In this document: positions 17,554 through 25,853 of the stretch, piece after piece
Layout: each line of letters opens with the position of its first letter
Numbering within the stretch: position 1 is the first letter of the stretch
IMG/VR virus record: IMGVR_UViG_2974594478_000001
Location: 1 to 64,000 of that record
Source: a virus
Lineage: Duplodnaviria; Caudoviricetes
DNA: 64,000 nt
Strand: one strand, 5' to 3'
Made by a program: the position numbers and the translations under genes
The notes under the pieces: model-generated
The model's database searches: none
What the model was told of the DNA's origin: nothing
What the model saw: only the letters and a program-made list of their open reading frames with translations

Positions 17554-18366
17554 ATGGAAAAGCAATATCTCGATCTGCTGCAATTGGTTCTTCACCAAGG
17601 CAAGCACAAGACGGATCGTACAGGCACTGGAACGATCTCTTATTTCTCCCCACCAGATATGGACTTTGATCTGACAGCAGGATTCCCCTTGCTGACAACC
17701 AAGAAGCTATTCCTGAAGGGAATCATTCATGAGCTTCTCTGGTTCATCAAAGGCGATACCAATATCCAATATCTCTTGGATCATGATGTTCACATCTGGG
17801 ATGCTTGGGCAGATCCAGAAGGCAATTTAGGACCAGTCTATGGTAAACAATGGCGACAAATTACGGGCATTGCTGAGGACGGTAGCTTCCGCACTGTTGA
17901 TCAGCTTGCTACTCTCATTGCTGACATTAAGCGTAGCCCAGATTCTCGCAGACATATTGTTAGTGCATGGAACCCAATCGATCTGCCAGATATGGCACTT
18001 GCTCCATGTCACTGCCTGTTCCAAGTCTTTGTGAATGAGGGAGAACTCTCCCTGAAACTCTACCAGCGTAGTGCTGATCTGTTTCTAGGAGTTCCCTTCA
18101 ACATTGCCTCTTATGCATTGCTCACAATGATGCTTGCTCAAGTGACAGGCAACAGACCGGGAAGGTTCATTCATTCTTTCGGGGATGCTCACATCTATTC
18201 GAACCATGTGGAACAGGTACAGGAACAACTATCCCGTATCCCATATGATTCTCCCACCATGATTCTAAATCCCGATATCACTGAGATTGAAGATTTCAAA
18301 TTCGAAGACTTTGAACTCAGGGATTACAATCCCCATCCCGCTATCAAGGCAGATGTAGCGGTCTAG
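17554..18366 (+). CDS. thyA: Thymidylate synthase (folate-dependent ThyA)
   Basis: [63 protein letters not shown]. Confidence 0.98.
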   Translation: MEKQYLDLLQLVLHQGKHKTDRTGTGTISYFSPPDMDFDLTAGFPLLTTKKLFLKGIIHELLWFIKGDTNIQYLLDHDVHIWDAWADPEGNLGPVYGKQWRQITGIAEDGSFRTVDQLATLIADIKRSPDSRRHIVSAWNPIDLPDMALAPCHCLFQVFVNEGELSLKLYQRSADLFLGVPFNIASYALLTMMLAQVTGNRPGRFIHSFGDAHIYSNHVEQVQEQLSRIPYDSPTMILNPDITEIEDFKFEDFELRDYNPHPAIKADVAV

Positions 18367-18387
18367 AAACCAGATAAAGGACACATC

Positions 18388-20889
18388 ATGCAGGTAACTC
18401 ATAAGGAAGATTTTGATACCCACGCCATCATTGGTGGTAGTGATGTCATTGCATTCGAGGTAGCTCAGACAGCAGAATTCTTCGAAGTCCTGTCTAATAC
18501 CCTCTATTCAGACAAACCTCTTGCTGTAGTACGTGAAGTCCTGTGCAATGCATGGGACATTCACATTGTCACCAAGAGACAGAATATTCCCGTTGAGATT
18601 ACCCTTGATGAAACCAAGCTGGTAATTCGAGATCATGGGACTGGGATCAAGCACGAGATGATTGGTCCCACCTATTGCACCTATGGTAACTCCACCAAGG
18701 GAAATGATGGTGAACAGACTGGTGGCTTTGGACTTGGTTCCAAGGCACCCTTTGCCTATTCACACCATCTGTCTGTGACTTCCCACTTTGAGGGAACCAA
18801 GACTGTCTATGCCATCTCTCGTGGATCTATCAAGACACAAGGTCGTCCCGATTGCCGTGTTATGGTCCGAGTTCCTACTCAGGAATCCGGTCTGGAAGTG
18901 AACATTCCTCTCAAGCAAGCTGCTGATAAGCACATGTTTGAGGAAATCATCAGGAACATTGTTCGTCTTGGTGAAATGAATGTCACTTTGAATGGTGAGA
19001 AGCTTTCCACCATGCCTATCTCTGAGGGCAAGGAAGGCTATTACTTCACACGTTCTACCTTCTCCAAGGCTCAGGAACGTCTCTTCGTTCGCTATGGTAA
19101 TGTGGTTTATCCCATTCCTCGGCACGAAGATTATGAAGGAACCTATGCAGAAGTCGTCAAGTTTCTAAACAATCTTCCTGATCCTAATTCCTATCATCAG
19201 AATAGCAGTAACGCTTGGAAGGTGATCTTTCAGGCACCTGCCAATAAGATCTCTGTCACTCCTTCCCGAGAATCTCTGTCTCTCACGGAGACAACCATCA
19301 ACACTCTCAAGGAGTTGATGAAGAAGATTCCTGTAATTGGATCCAGTGAGTATAATGTCATTGGTTCCAATATGGTGAAGACTTCCATTGTTAATGCTTG
19401 GAAGGATCAGAACCAATGGAAGATGCTTACTCTGGAAAGCCTTTTCAAAGATAGCAGCATCGCTCACAACAGTAAGGAATTCACCAACTATAAGGATGCT
19501 GTTGAGGCAAGCCTTAAGAGGTACTATCCCTCTGAATGGGCATTCAAATATGCTGATATCTCTCAGCGAATGGAATCATTCATTCACCAGAGTCCTGCAA
19601 ACAAGCATGTGTTTGTTGAGTATCTAAAGGTACTGGGTACAGTTGGTGAGGAAACAGTACGATGGACGGGTGCTAATTCAGAATGGTCTGCATTCTGTAC
19701 CCGATTTATCACTGGACCTCTCGTCAAGAGAGTCCTGAAATCTGATAAAGTGGATCTCAAGAATCTTTACGTAGTCACTCCAAATGACTATCGTACCAGA
19801 GGGACTGGACCCAAATACACACCTATCACCAAATACAGCAGTACATATGAGCAAGCGACAATGCTGCTCAAGAATCTTGTCATCGTTGCTGAAAGCAAGA
19901 TCAGTATCTCTGATTATCTACACCATAATCCTGAAATGAAAGTCTGGGATAATGGTCACACCAAGCTTGTATATCTCGCTCCGAGAACCAAGAATGGTCG
20001 AACTGATGCTGTAGAGTTCTTCAAGAGCATCAAAATGAATGTTATCGATCATGCTCAATATGTGGCAGATAACTTCAAAGATACTCCTGTTATCTCAGCA
20101 TCACCTAAGCCTGTGAAGCCTAAGATCCTTGGGATACCATCCCTCAAGAATCTGTTGAAATCCACTGGAAGAATTGACCCCAGAGGTCACATGATCACCA
20201 CTCCTGTTCGGATTGAAGATCCTGAATTCATCTTCCAGCCTCATAACCTCTCTGGTCAAAGCTATAGTCACCGCTTCTTCCAAGCGAAGGATGAAATCTT
20301 TGGTCAGATTGTTGTCAGTCTTTATGGGGATAAAGGCGGAATTGTCGTAAACTCACGTCAATATGACGCCTATATCAAGAAAGGTTCCAAGGACGGTTAC
20401 GCTTGGGTCGGAGAGCGTTTGCTTGAAGAGTTTCAAACGAACCAGAAGTTACTGAATCAAATCTCTTGGAAACTTGTTCCTTGGCTTACAGTAGGAAGCA
20501 AGACACAAGCAACTATTGAGAGTCTCTATCAGGTATCTTTACATTCGCCTGTTATCAAACAAGCGTTGAAGTTCCCTGATAAATTGACTTCAGAAGAAAA
20601 TGATCTTCTTCGAATTTATTCTGAAATACGTCCTGTTGAACCGGGGGAATATGCATATGGAAGATCTATTCCCAGTGCCATGTTGCCATTCGTTAAACAG
20701 ATCAAGGATCTCATAGATAAGCAGGGTATCCACCCCCAACTTACTGTGGTAAAAGACCTTGTTGAAAACAGTAGCCTTTTCCGGTTGCTGCATTTCAGTG
20801 AGATGGTGAGCATCCTATCCAATCCTAAATCGGACCAGAAGCAGAAGGATAACGTAGAAACCTTGCTGCTGCTTGCATTACAAGGATAA
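18388..20889 (+). CDS. rIIA: rIIA-like protein (GHKL ATPase N-terminus)
   Basis: LYSDKPLAVVREVLCNAWD, IRDHGTGI, TGGFGLGSKAPFAY. Confidence 0.92.
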   Translation: MQVTHKEDFDTHAIIGGSDVIAFEVAQTAEFFEVLSNTLYSDKPLAVVREVLCNAWDIHIVTKRQNIPVEITLDETKLVIRDHGTGIKHEMIGPTYCTYGNSTKGNDGEQTGGFGLGSKAPFAYSHHLSVTSHFEGTKTVYAISRGSIKTQGRPDCRVMVRVPTQESGLEVNIPLKQAADKHMFEEIIRNIVRLGEMNVTLNGEKLSTMPISEGKEGYYFTRSTFSKAQERLFVRYGNVVYPIPRHEDYEGTYAEVVKFLNNLPDPNSYHQNSSNAWKVIFQAPANKISVTPSRESLSLTETTINTLKELMKKIPVIGSSEYNVIGSNMVKTSIVNAWKDQNQWKMLTLESLFKDSSIAHNSKEFTNYKDAVEASLKRYYPSEWAFKYADISQRMESFIHQSPANKHVFVEYLKVLGTVGEETVRWTGANSEWSAFCTRFITGPLVKRVLKSDKVDLKNLYVVTPNDYRTRGTGPKYTPITKYSSTYEQATMLLKNLVIVAESKISISDYLHHNPEMKVWDNGHTKLVYLAPRTKNGRTDAVEFFKSIKMNVIDHAQYVADNFKDTPVISASPKPVKPKILGIPSLKNLLKSTGRIDPRGHMITTPVRIEDPEFIFQPHNLSGQSYSHRFFQAKDEIFGQIVVSLYGDKGGIVVNSRQYDAYIKKGSKDGYAWVGERLLEEFQTNQKLLNQISWKLVPWLTVGSKTQATIESLYQVSLHSPVIKQALKFPDKLTSEENDLLRIYSEIRPVEPGEYAYGRSIPSAMLPFVKQIKDLIDKQGIHPQLTVVKDLVENSSLFRLLHFSEMVSILSNPKSDQKQKDNVETLLLLALQG

Positions 20890-20896
20890 TAAATAA

Positions 20897-22873
20897 ATGC
20901 CAGAACTTCGCGTGGTATCTGCCATTGCAGATAAAAACAACGTGGTTCTCTATCTGGAGAACGGTGATACACACACCGTTCCTCAGACAGACTACCGCCT
21001 CAAAGCATTGCTTGATCAAATTATTCCCATCACTGCTCGTGGACAGGTTGCCGTAGTCTCACTGGAACAGTTCAGTGTCTATGAAGACTTCACAAAGAAG
21101 ACCAATGGATTCATAAGATTCCTGAAGGTCGCTAAGAGTGCTGTGAAAGGTTTCTTTGGATTGGATCCAGAAGAGGAACCAACCAAAGTCACAGTTACTG
21201 TGGAAACCCCCGCTGAATCAGTAAAGGAAGTCTCCAAACCTACTGCTGAAGAAATCCTTTCCCAAGCTCAAGAGATTGGAGCCAAGGATGAAGTCTCTGA
21301 GGAAGAGACAATCGTAGCAGTGGTCAACACTGGTTCTAAGGATAAGCCCAAGGAAACTGTTATTCCCGGTGCTGAAGCACTTAAGGAACAGTTCGTCCAT
21401 TCTGTAAAGACAGGTAACACTGTTGGAATGGAAAACTTCATGAAGCGTATCAGTAAGATGATCGACAAGCGAGGTCACTCAGTTGAAGATCTGCTTCGCT
21501 TCATGGAACGTGGTGATCTGCCTGTAGCTGATGATGGGTCCATCATTGCCTATAAGATCCTAAAGCGTGCTTATAATGCACCTGAAGGAACCTATGTGGA
21601 TTGCCACTCAGGTAAGGTATTCCAGAAGATTGGTTCCTATGTCGTTGTGGACGAATCTCTTGTTGACAAGAATCGTCGCAATGAATGCTCCAACGGTCTG
21701 CACATTGCTCGCCGTGGATATCTGGGAAGCTTCTCCGGTGATGTCTGTGTACTCTGCAAGATTGCTCCTGAAGACGTAATCACTGTTCCGCATGGTGATC
21801 CGAACAAGGTTCGTGTCTGTGGATATCACATCCTGTTCCTGATCCCACAGGAGAGCTTCTACAAGCTCAAGAACAATCAACCCATGACTTCCAACCCGGA
21901 AGCCTCTGACATGCTTGCTCGTGCCATTGCTGGCAAGCACGTTGGTAAGCTGGAGGAAGTCAGGATCACTGGTTCTATGGGTAATGGTCTCAAGATCACA
22001 CCTCTGAATCCTGATGGATCCAAGAAGCAGGTAGAGGAAGTCTCTACCGAAGAACGCAAGAAAGCCAAGGCATTTGACGATGCTAACTCTGCTGCTGCCT
22101 CTGGTGTTGATCCAAAGGCAATCAACAAGCAGGTAGCTCAGGAAGAAGCCAAGGCTGAGGTTGAGAAGACTCTCTCCAACAAGGATAAGGCAGGTATCTA
22201 CTTTAATGAAATGCGCAATGAAGAGAATCCTCTGAAGAAGCGCCAGAATTACGGTAGGGATCTCATGGTCCTGAAGGGTAAAGCCAAGGTTTCTTATCAG
22301 AAGCTTGGTCTTCCTGTTGATACTGCTGACCAGCTTGAGGCAATACTTGTTCTCAAGGATGAACCAGAGACGGTGGAAACTTCGAAGCCTACTCCTCAAG
22401 ATGTACAGGAACAACAATATCTGTTCCATGTAGAGAAGCGTGACAAACATGGTGCAGTAGCTTCACCCCATAAGACTCGTGCTGAGTTCATTCAAGCTCT
22501 GTACAAGGACATGGCGAATGAATCTCTGCCTCTGTTGACACGTCAAAAGTCTGCTCAAGATCTGTTGGATATCAAGAAGAAAGCTAAGCTCTCTTGGGAG
22601 AAGCTTGGTTTCCACTTCGATATCCTGCAACTGATTACTATGGTCCTTGCACTCAAGGAAGAACCGAAGCCACAGACGAAGGCTGAGCCTGCGAAGCAGG
22701 CGGACAAGCCGAAGGATGGGGCGAAGGGTCCATCTCGACAGGAACAAGCTCGTGCCTTGTATGAGGCAAATGACTACCAAGCAGTCATTGAGCTTAAGAA
22801 GAAAGCCAAGGTAGGTTGGGATAAACTTGGCTTTACTGAGGACGAGGTAAAGGGAATTACCTCTAAGTCCTAA
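20897..22873 (+). CDS. rIIB: rIIB-like protein
   Basis: DGSIIAYK, DCHSG, RRNECSNGLH, KIAPEDVITVP, KVRVCGY; follows rIIA. Confidence 0.9.
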   Translation: MPELRVVSAIADKNNVVLYLENGDTHTVPQTDYRLKALLDQIIPITARGQVAVVSLEQFSVYEDFTKKTNGFIRFLKVAKSAVKGFFGLDPEEEPTKVTVTVETPAESVKEVSKPTAEEILSQAQEIGAKDEVSEEETIVAVVNTGSKDKPKETVIPGAEALKEQFVHSVKTGNTVGMENFMKRISKMIDKRGHSVEDLLRFMERGDLPVADDGSIIAYKILKRAYNAPEGTYVDCHSGKVFQKIGSYVVVDESLVDKNRRNECSNGLHIARRGYLGSFSGDVCVLCKIAPEDVITVPHGDPNKVRVCGYHILFLIPQESFYKLKNNQPMTSNPEASDMLARAIAGKHVGKLEEVRITGSMGNGLKITPLNPDGSKKQVEEVSTEERKKAKAFDDANSAAASGVDPKAINKQVAQEEAKAEVEKTLSNKDKAGIYFNEMRNEENPLKKRQNYGRDLMVLKGKAKVSYQKLGLPVDTADQLEAILVLKDEPETVETSKPTPQDVQEQQYLFHVEKRDKHGAVASPHKTRAEFIQALYKDMANESLPLLTRQKSAQDLLDIKKKAKLSWEKLGFHFDILQLITMVLALKEEPKPQTKAEPAKQADKPKDGAKGPSRQEQARALYEANDYQAVIELKKKAKVGWDKLGFTEDEVKGITSKS

Positions 22874-22895
22874 ACTACTGGTTGTCCCATAAAAT

Positions 22896-22933
22896 AACTC
22901 CCCAACATAATTTCATGTTGGGGAGTTTTCATT
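22896..22933 (+). terminator. 13-bp perfect hairpin, probable terminator
   Basis: AACTCCCCAACAT-aatttc-ATGTTGGGGAGTT then TTCATTTT. Confidence 0.75.
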
Positions 22934-22949
22934 TTGAAAGTATTATGTC

Positions 22950-23216
22950 ATGAAGAACCAACAAGAAGAAAAAGACATGAATCTCCTGAAGCTCATCTCT
23001 GCACTGAACACCGATTGGGACAATAGAGCGGCATATATAAACCGCATCAAACAGACCGAACGAGTGACAGTATTTGCTGAAGATGGCACTGCTATTGAGA
23101 AGGACGTTGAGTTCTTCGTGAATTGGGAATCCATCAAAGCTGTTCTGGAACTGGTTCGTAAGAAAGCAGGACTAGAAGATGACTTCCGCGTATCGAGTGA
23201 ACCGGAAAGCAAGTGA
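22950..23216 (+). CDS. Hypothetical protein
   Basis: Track ORF. Confidence 0.55.
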   Translation: MKNQQEEKDMNLLKLISALNTDWDNRAAYINRIKQTERVTVFAEDGTAIEKDVEFFVNWESIKAVLELVRKKAGLEDDFRVSSEPESK

Positions 23217-23481
23217 TGAGGATCTGATCAAGCTGAATAACCTTGGTCTTTCCCTTCAGACTATTGCTGAAATTATTGGTTGCCATCCAACAACTGTGAC
23301 CCAGAGACTCAAAGCACTGGGGATCCCAGTTGCTGACACTCGACGGTCATTCATGGAAGATGTCTATAAGACATTGACCCAAGCTCAAAGGGATCATGTC
23401 GCTGAGAAGCTTGGGAACACCACAACAATTAAAGAATATGTTCGAAAACTCATTCTCAACGATTATCTAGGATCGCAATAA
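23179..23481 (+). CDS. HTH DNA-binding protein (conserved in N4-like phages)
   Basis: GLSLQTIAEIIGCHPTTVTQRL...DTRRSFMEDV. Confidence 0.75.
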   Translation: MTSAYRVNRKASDEDLIKLNNLGLSLQTIAEIIGCHPTTVTQRLKALGIPVADTRRSFMEDVYKTLTQAQRDHVAEKLGNTTTIKEYVRKLILNDYLGSQ

Positions 23482-23939
23482 TGCGGGAAGTTCACACCCT
23501 ACAAGATACCAAACGATGGATGGAGAAGGCTATTCCCTCTCCTGAGATTAAGAACATCCATACGCAAATGGGTGTGCACTTCGAAGAAATTGGTGAGATG
23601 GTTGATGCTATCTCTGTCAAGGATCGCCTTACAGCAGAGCTATTTGATGATCTCAAGCAATCACTATCTGTGTTGAGTCAACACCTTAAGACTCATTCTG
23701 ATGTCGTCTATATCAAACCTGAAGATCGTCAGGACTATCTTGATTCTCTTTGTGATCAGATCGTCACAGCAGTCGGTTGTGCCCACAACTCTGGCTTTGA
23801 TATTGTCAATGCCATGAACGAGGTCAATCGTTCGAATTTCTCGAAATTTGATGAGGGCGGTTATCCCATTTTTGACGAGAACCGAAAAATCATCAAAGGA
23901 CCAAATTATAGCAAGGCAGACCTTGCACCCTTTATCTAA
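23481..23939 (+). CDS. MazG-like NTP pyrophosphohydrolase
   Basis: GVHFEEIGEM, DSLCDQIVTAVG, EVNRSNFSKF, KIIKGPNY. Confidence 0.85.
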   Translation: MREVHTLQDTKRWMEKAIPSPEIKNIHTQMGVHFEEIGEMVDAISVKDRLTAELFDDLKQSLSVLSQHLKTHSDVVYIKPEDRQDYLDSLCDQIVTAVGCAHNSGFDIVNAMNEVNRSNFSKFDEGGYPIFDENRKIIKGPNYSKADLAPFI

Positions 23940-24005
23940 ATTTGCTACCACCAACTTAGGCTGTTCTCGACAGTCTGGATTGCGGTGAGTGTGGCGTGAA
24001 GAGAG

Positions 24006-24038
24006 AACCTCCTTGAGAAATCGGGGAGGTTTTCTTTT
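24006..24038 (+). terminator. Rho-independent terminator (GAAA loop)
   Basis: AACCTCCTTGA-GAAA-TCGGGGAGGTT then TTCTTTT. Confidence 0.85.
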
Positions 24039-24067
24039 ATAAGCAATCCCTTATGGAGAATTTCCAA

Positions 24068-25351
24068 ATGGCAGAATTGAACCAAGGACAGAGAGAAGCA
24101 GCGGAAGCCTTCTTTCAGTTCCTTTTCCAGCAAGGCAAAGGCTTTATCATCAGTGGTGCTGCTGGTGTTGGTAAGACCTTCACGATGTCACATATCATTG
24201 ACATTATCATGCCTCAGTATTTCGAGACCTGTAAGCTCATGGGTATCGAGCCTGAGTATGAAGAAGTCGTAATGACTGCTACGACTAACAAGGCGGCAGA
24301 AGTCCTTGGGACTGCAACAAAGAGACCCACAGGCACAATCCATTCCTTCCTCAATCTGAAGGTCCAGGACGATTTCACGACAGGGAAATCGATCATCACC
24401 AAGACTGTCAATTGGCGAGTCTATGAGCGTAAGATCATCTTCATTGATGAGTGCTCCATGATCGATAGTGAACTGTTCAATCTCATCCAAGAAGGCACCA
24501 TTAAGAGTAAGGTTGTCTACGTTGGTGATCATAACCAACTGGCTCCAATCTATGAGACCATTTCCCCTGTCTACAAGCAAGGGTATCCGTTCTACGAACT
24601 TACGGAACCAATGAGGAATAATGGTCAACCGGAACTCATGAATGTTTGTGCTCAGCTTCGTGAGACTGTTGAGACTGGTGTTTTCAAACCCATTCAGATC
24701 AAACCCGGAGTCATTGATCATCTGGATCCAGATCAGATGCAACAGCATATTGATCAGATTTTCATTGGTCAGACGATGGAGAGTCGTATTCTCGCTTGGT
24801 CCAACAAGCAAGTCATTGCCTATAATGATCACATTCGATCTCTGAGACAGCTTCCTGATCAATTCACTGAAGGTGAATACCTCGTCAATAATGCTGCTAT
24901 TCGTGTTGGACGAGAACAGCTTTCTGTTGAAGATGAGGTAGTCCTCGAAAAGATCTTCAGCACTGAAGAGATTGAGGTGGTTAGAGATACAGTCATGAAA
25001 GTCATGAGTGTAGAACTCTCCACCAAATATGGAACCACGATCAGTTGTAAACTTCCTGTGGATCGTGCTCATTACATGGCACTGATTGCTTACTTCAAGC
25101 GAACCAAGAACTGGGAACGGTTCTACTATCTCAAGAATACCTTCCCTGATCTCAGACAGAGGGATGCTGCTACCGTGCATAAGTCACAAGGTAGCACCTA
25201 TGATTCTGTCTTCATCGATCTAGGCAATATCAGCACTTGCAACTTTGAGAACCAAGTTGCTCGTATGCTTTATGTTGCCTTCTCTCGACCACGCAACCGC
25301 ATATTCCTGTATGGCAACCTTGCTGATAAATATGGCGGGTTGACCTACTAG
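24068..25351 (+). CDS. Dda/RecD-like SF1B DNA helicase
   Basis: GAAGVGKT, TNKAA, TIHSFL, FIDECSM, GDHNQLAP, TVHKSQGSTY, YVAFSRPR. Confidence 0.93.
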   Translation: MAELNQGQREAAEAFFQFLFQQGKGFIISGAAGVGKTFTMSHIIDIIMPQYFETCKLMGIEPEYEEVVMTATTNKAAEVLGTATKRPTGTIHSFLNLKVQDDFTTGKSIITKTVNWRVYERKIIFIDECSMIDSELFNLIQEGTIKSKVVYVGDHNQLAPIYETISPVYKQGYPFYELTEPMRNNGQPELMNVCAQLRETVETGVFKPIQIKPGVIDHLDPDQMQQHIDQIFIGQTMESRILAWSNKQVIAYNDHIRSLRQLPDQFTEGEYLVNNAAIRVGREQLSVEDEVVLEKIFSTEEIEVVRDTVMKVMSVELSTKYGTTISCKLPVDRAHYMALIAYFKRTKNWERFYYLKNTFPDLRQRDAATVHKSQGSTYDSVFIDLGNISTCNFENQVARMLYVAFSRPRNRIFLYGNLADKYGGLTY

Positions 25352-25361
25352 GGAGGTCAGC

Positions 25362-25853
25362 ATGTCAATTCACCAGCTAAGTAAGCAACTAACGGAATTC
25401 ATCTTTCAAATAGATGAGAAACGGTTGGAACAACAACTTGAGACCATCAAGAGTGAGGATAACAAGCTTGGTGGTCTCTGGTATGGATTCACCTACGGAG
25501 GTGAGATGTATACACATCTAGCCCCCAAACAGAGAAGAAATGTACAGTTCAGGGAACTGGATCCATCACTACATCCAAAAATGCAGGATTATCTTTTAAC
25601 TAAGAAAATCATGGATTTAGACAGAATCAAAGTCACACAGACTCTCTCTGCTATTCTAATTGGATGTACAAACTGGCAGGATGTTAGGGACTCTCTCCCG
25701 GAAGGAATCATTGAATTCATTCCACAGGTAAAAGATCTTCCTAGAACCAGAGAAGAAGCTTTTAACATCGTTAATAATGAGAGAGCTAAGCGTCAGTACG
25801 AAAAGAACAGCGCTATCATCGCTAAGTATCTCATGGCTAGGTATATGTTATAA
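25362..25853 (+). CDS. N4 gp38-like hypothetical protein
   Basis: Synteny between helicase and polymerase; WQDVRDSLP motif. Confidence 0.65.
   Translation: MSIHQLSKQLTEFIFQIDEKRLEQQLETIKSEDNKLGGLWYGFTYGGEMYTHLAPKQRRNVQFRELDPSLHPKMQDYLLTKKIMDLDRIKVTQTLSAILIGCTNWQDVRDSLPEGIIEFIPQVKDLPRTREEAFNIVNNERAKRQYEKNSAIIAKYLMARYML

Noticed and set aside
18388-22873. rIIA/rIIB as an unusual anti-exclusion locus
   Set aside because: Core genes of N4-like phages in their usual position
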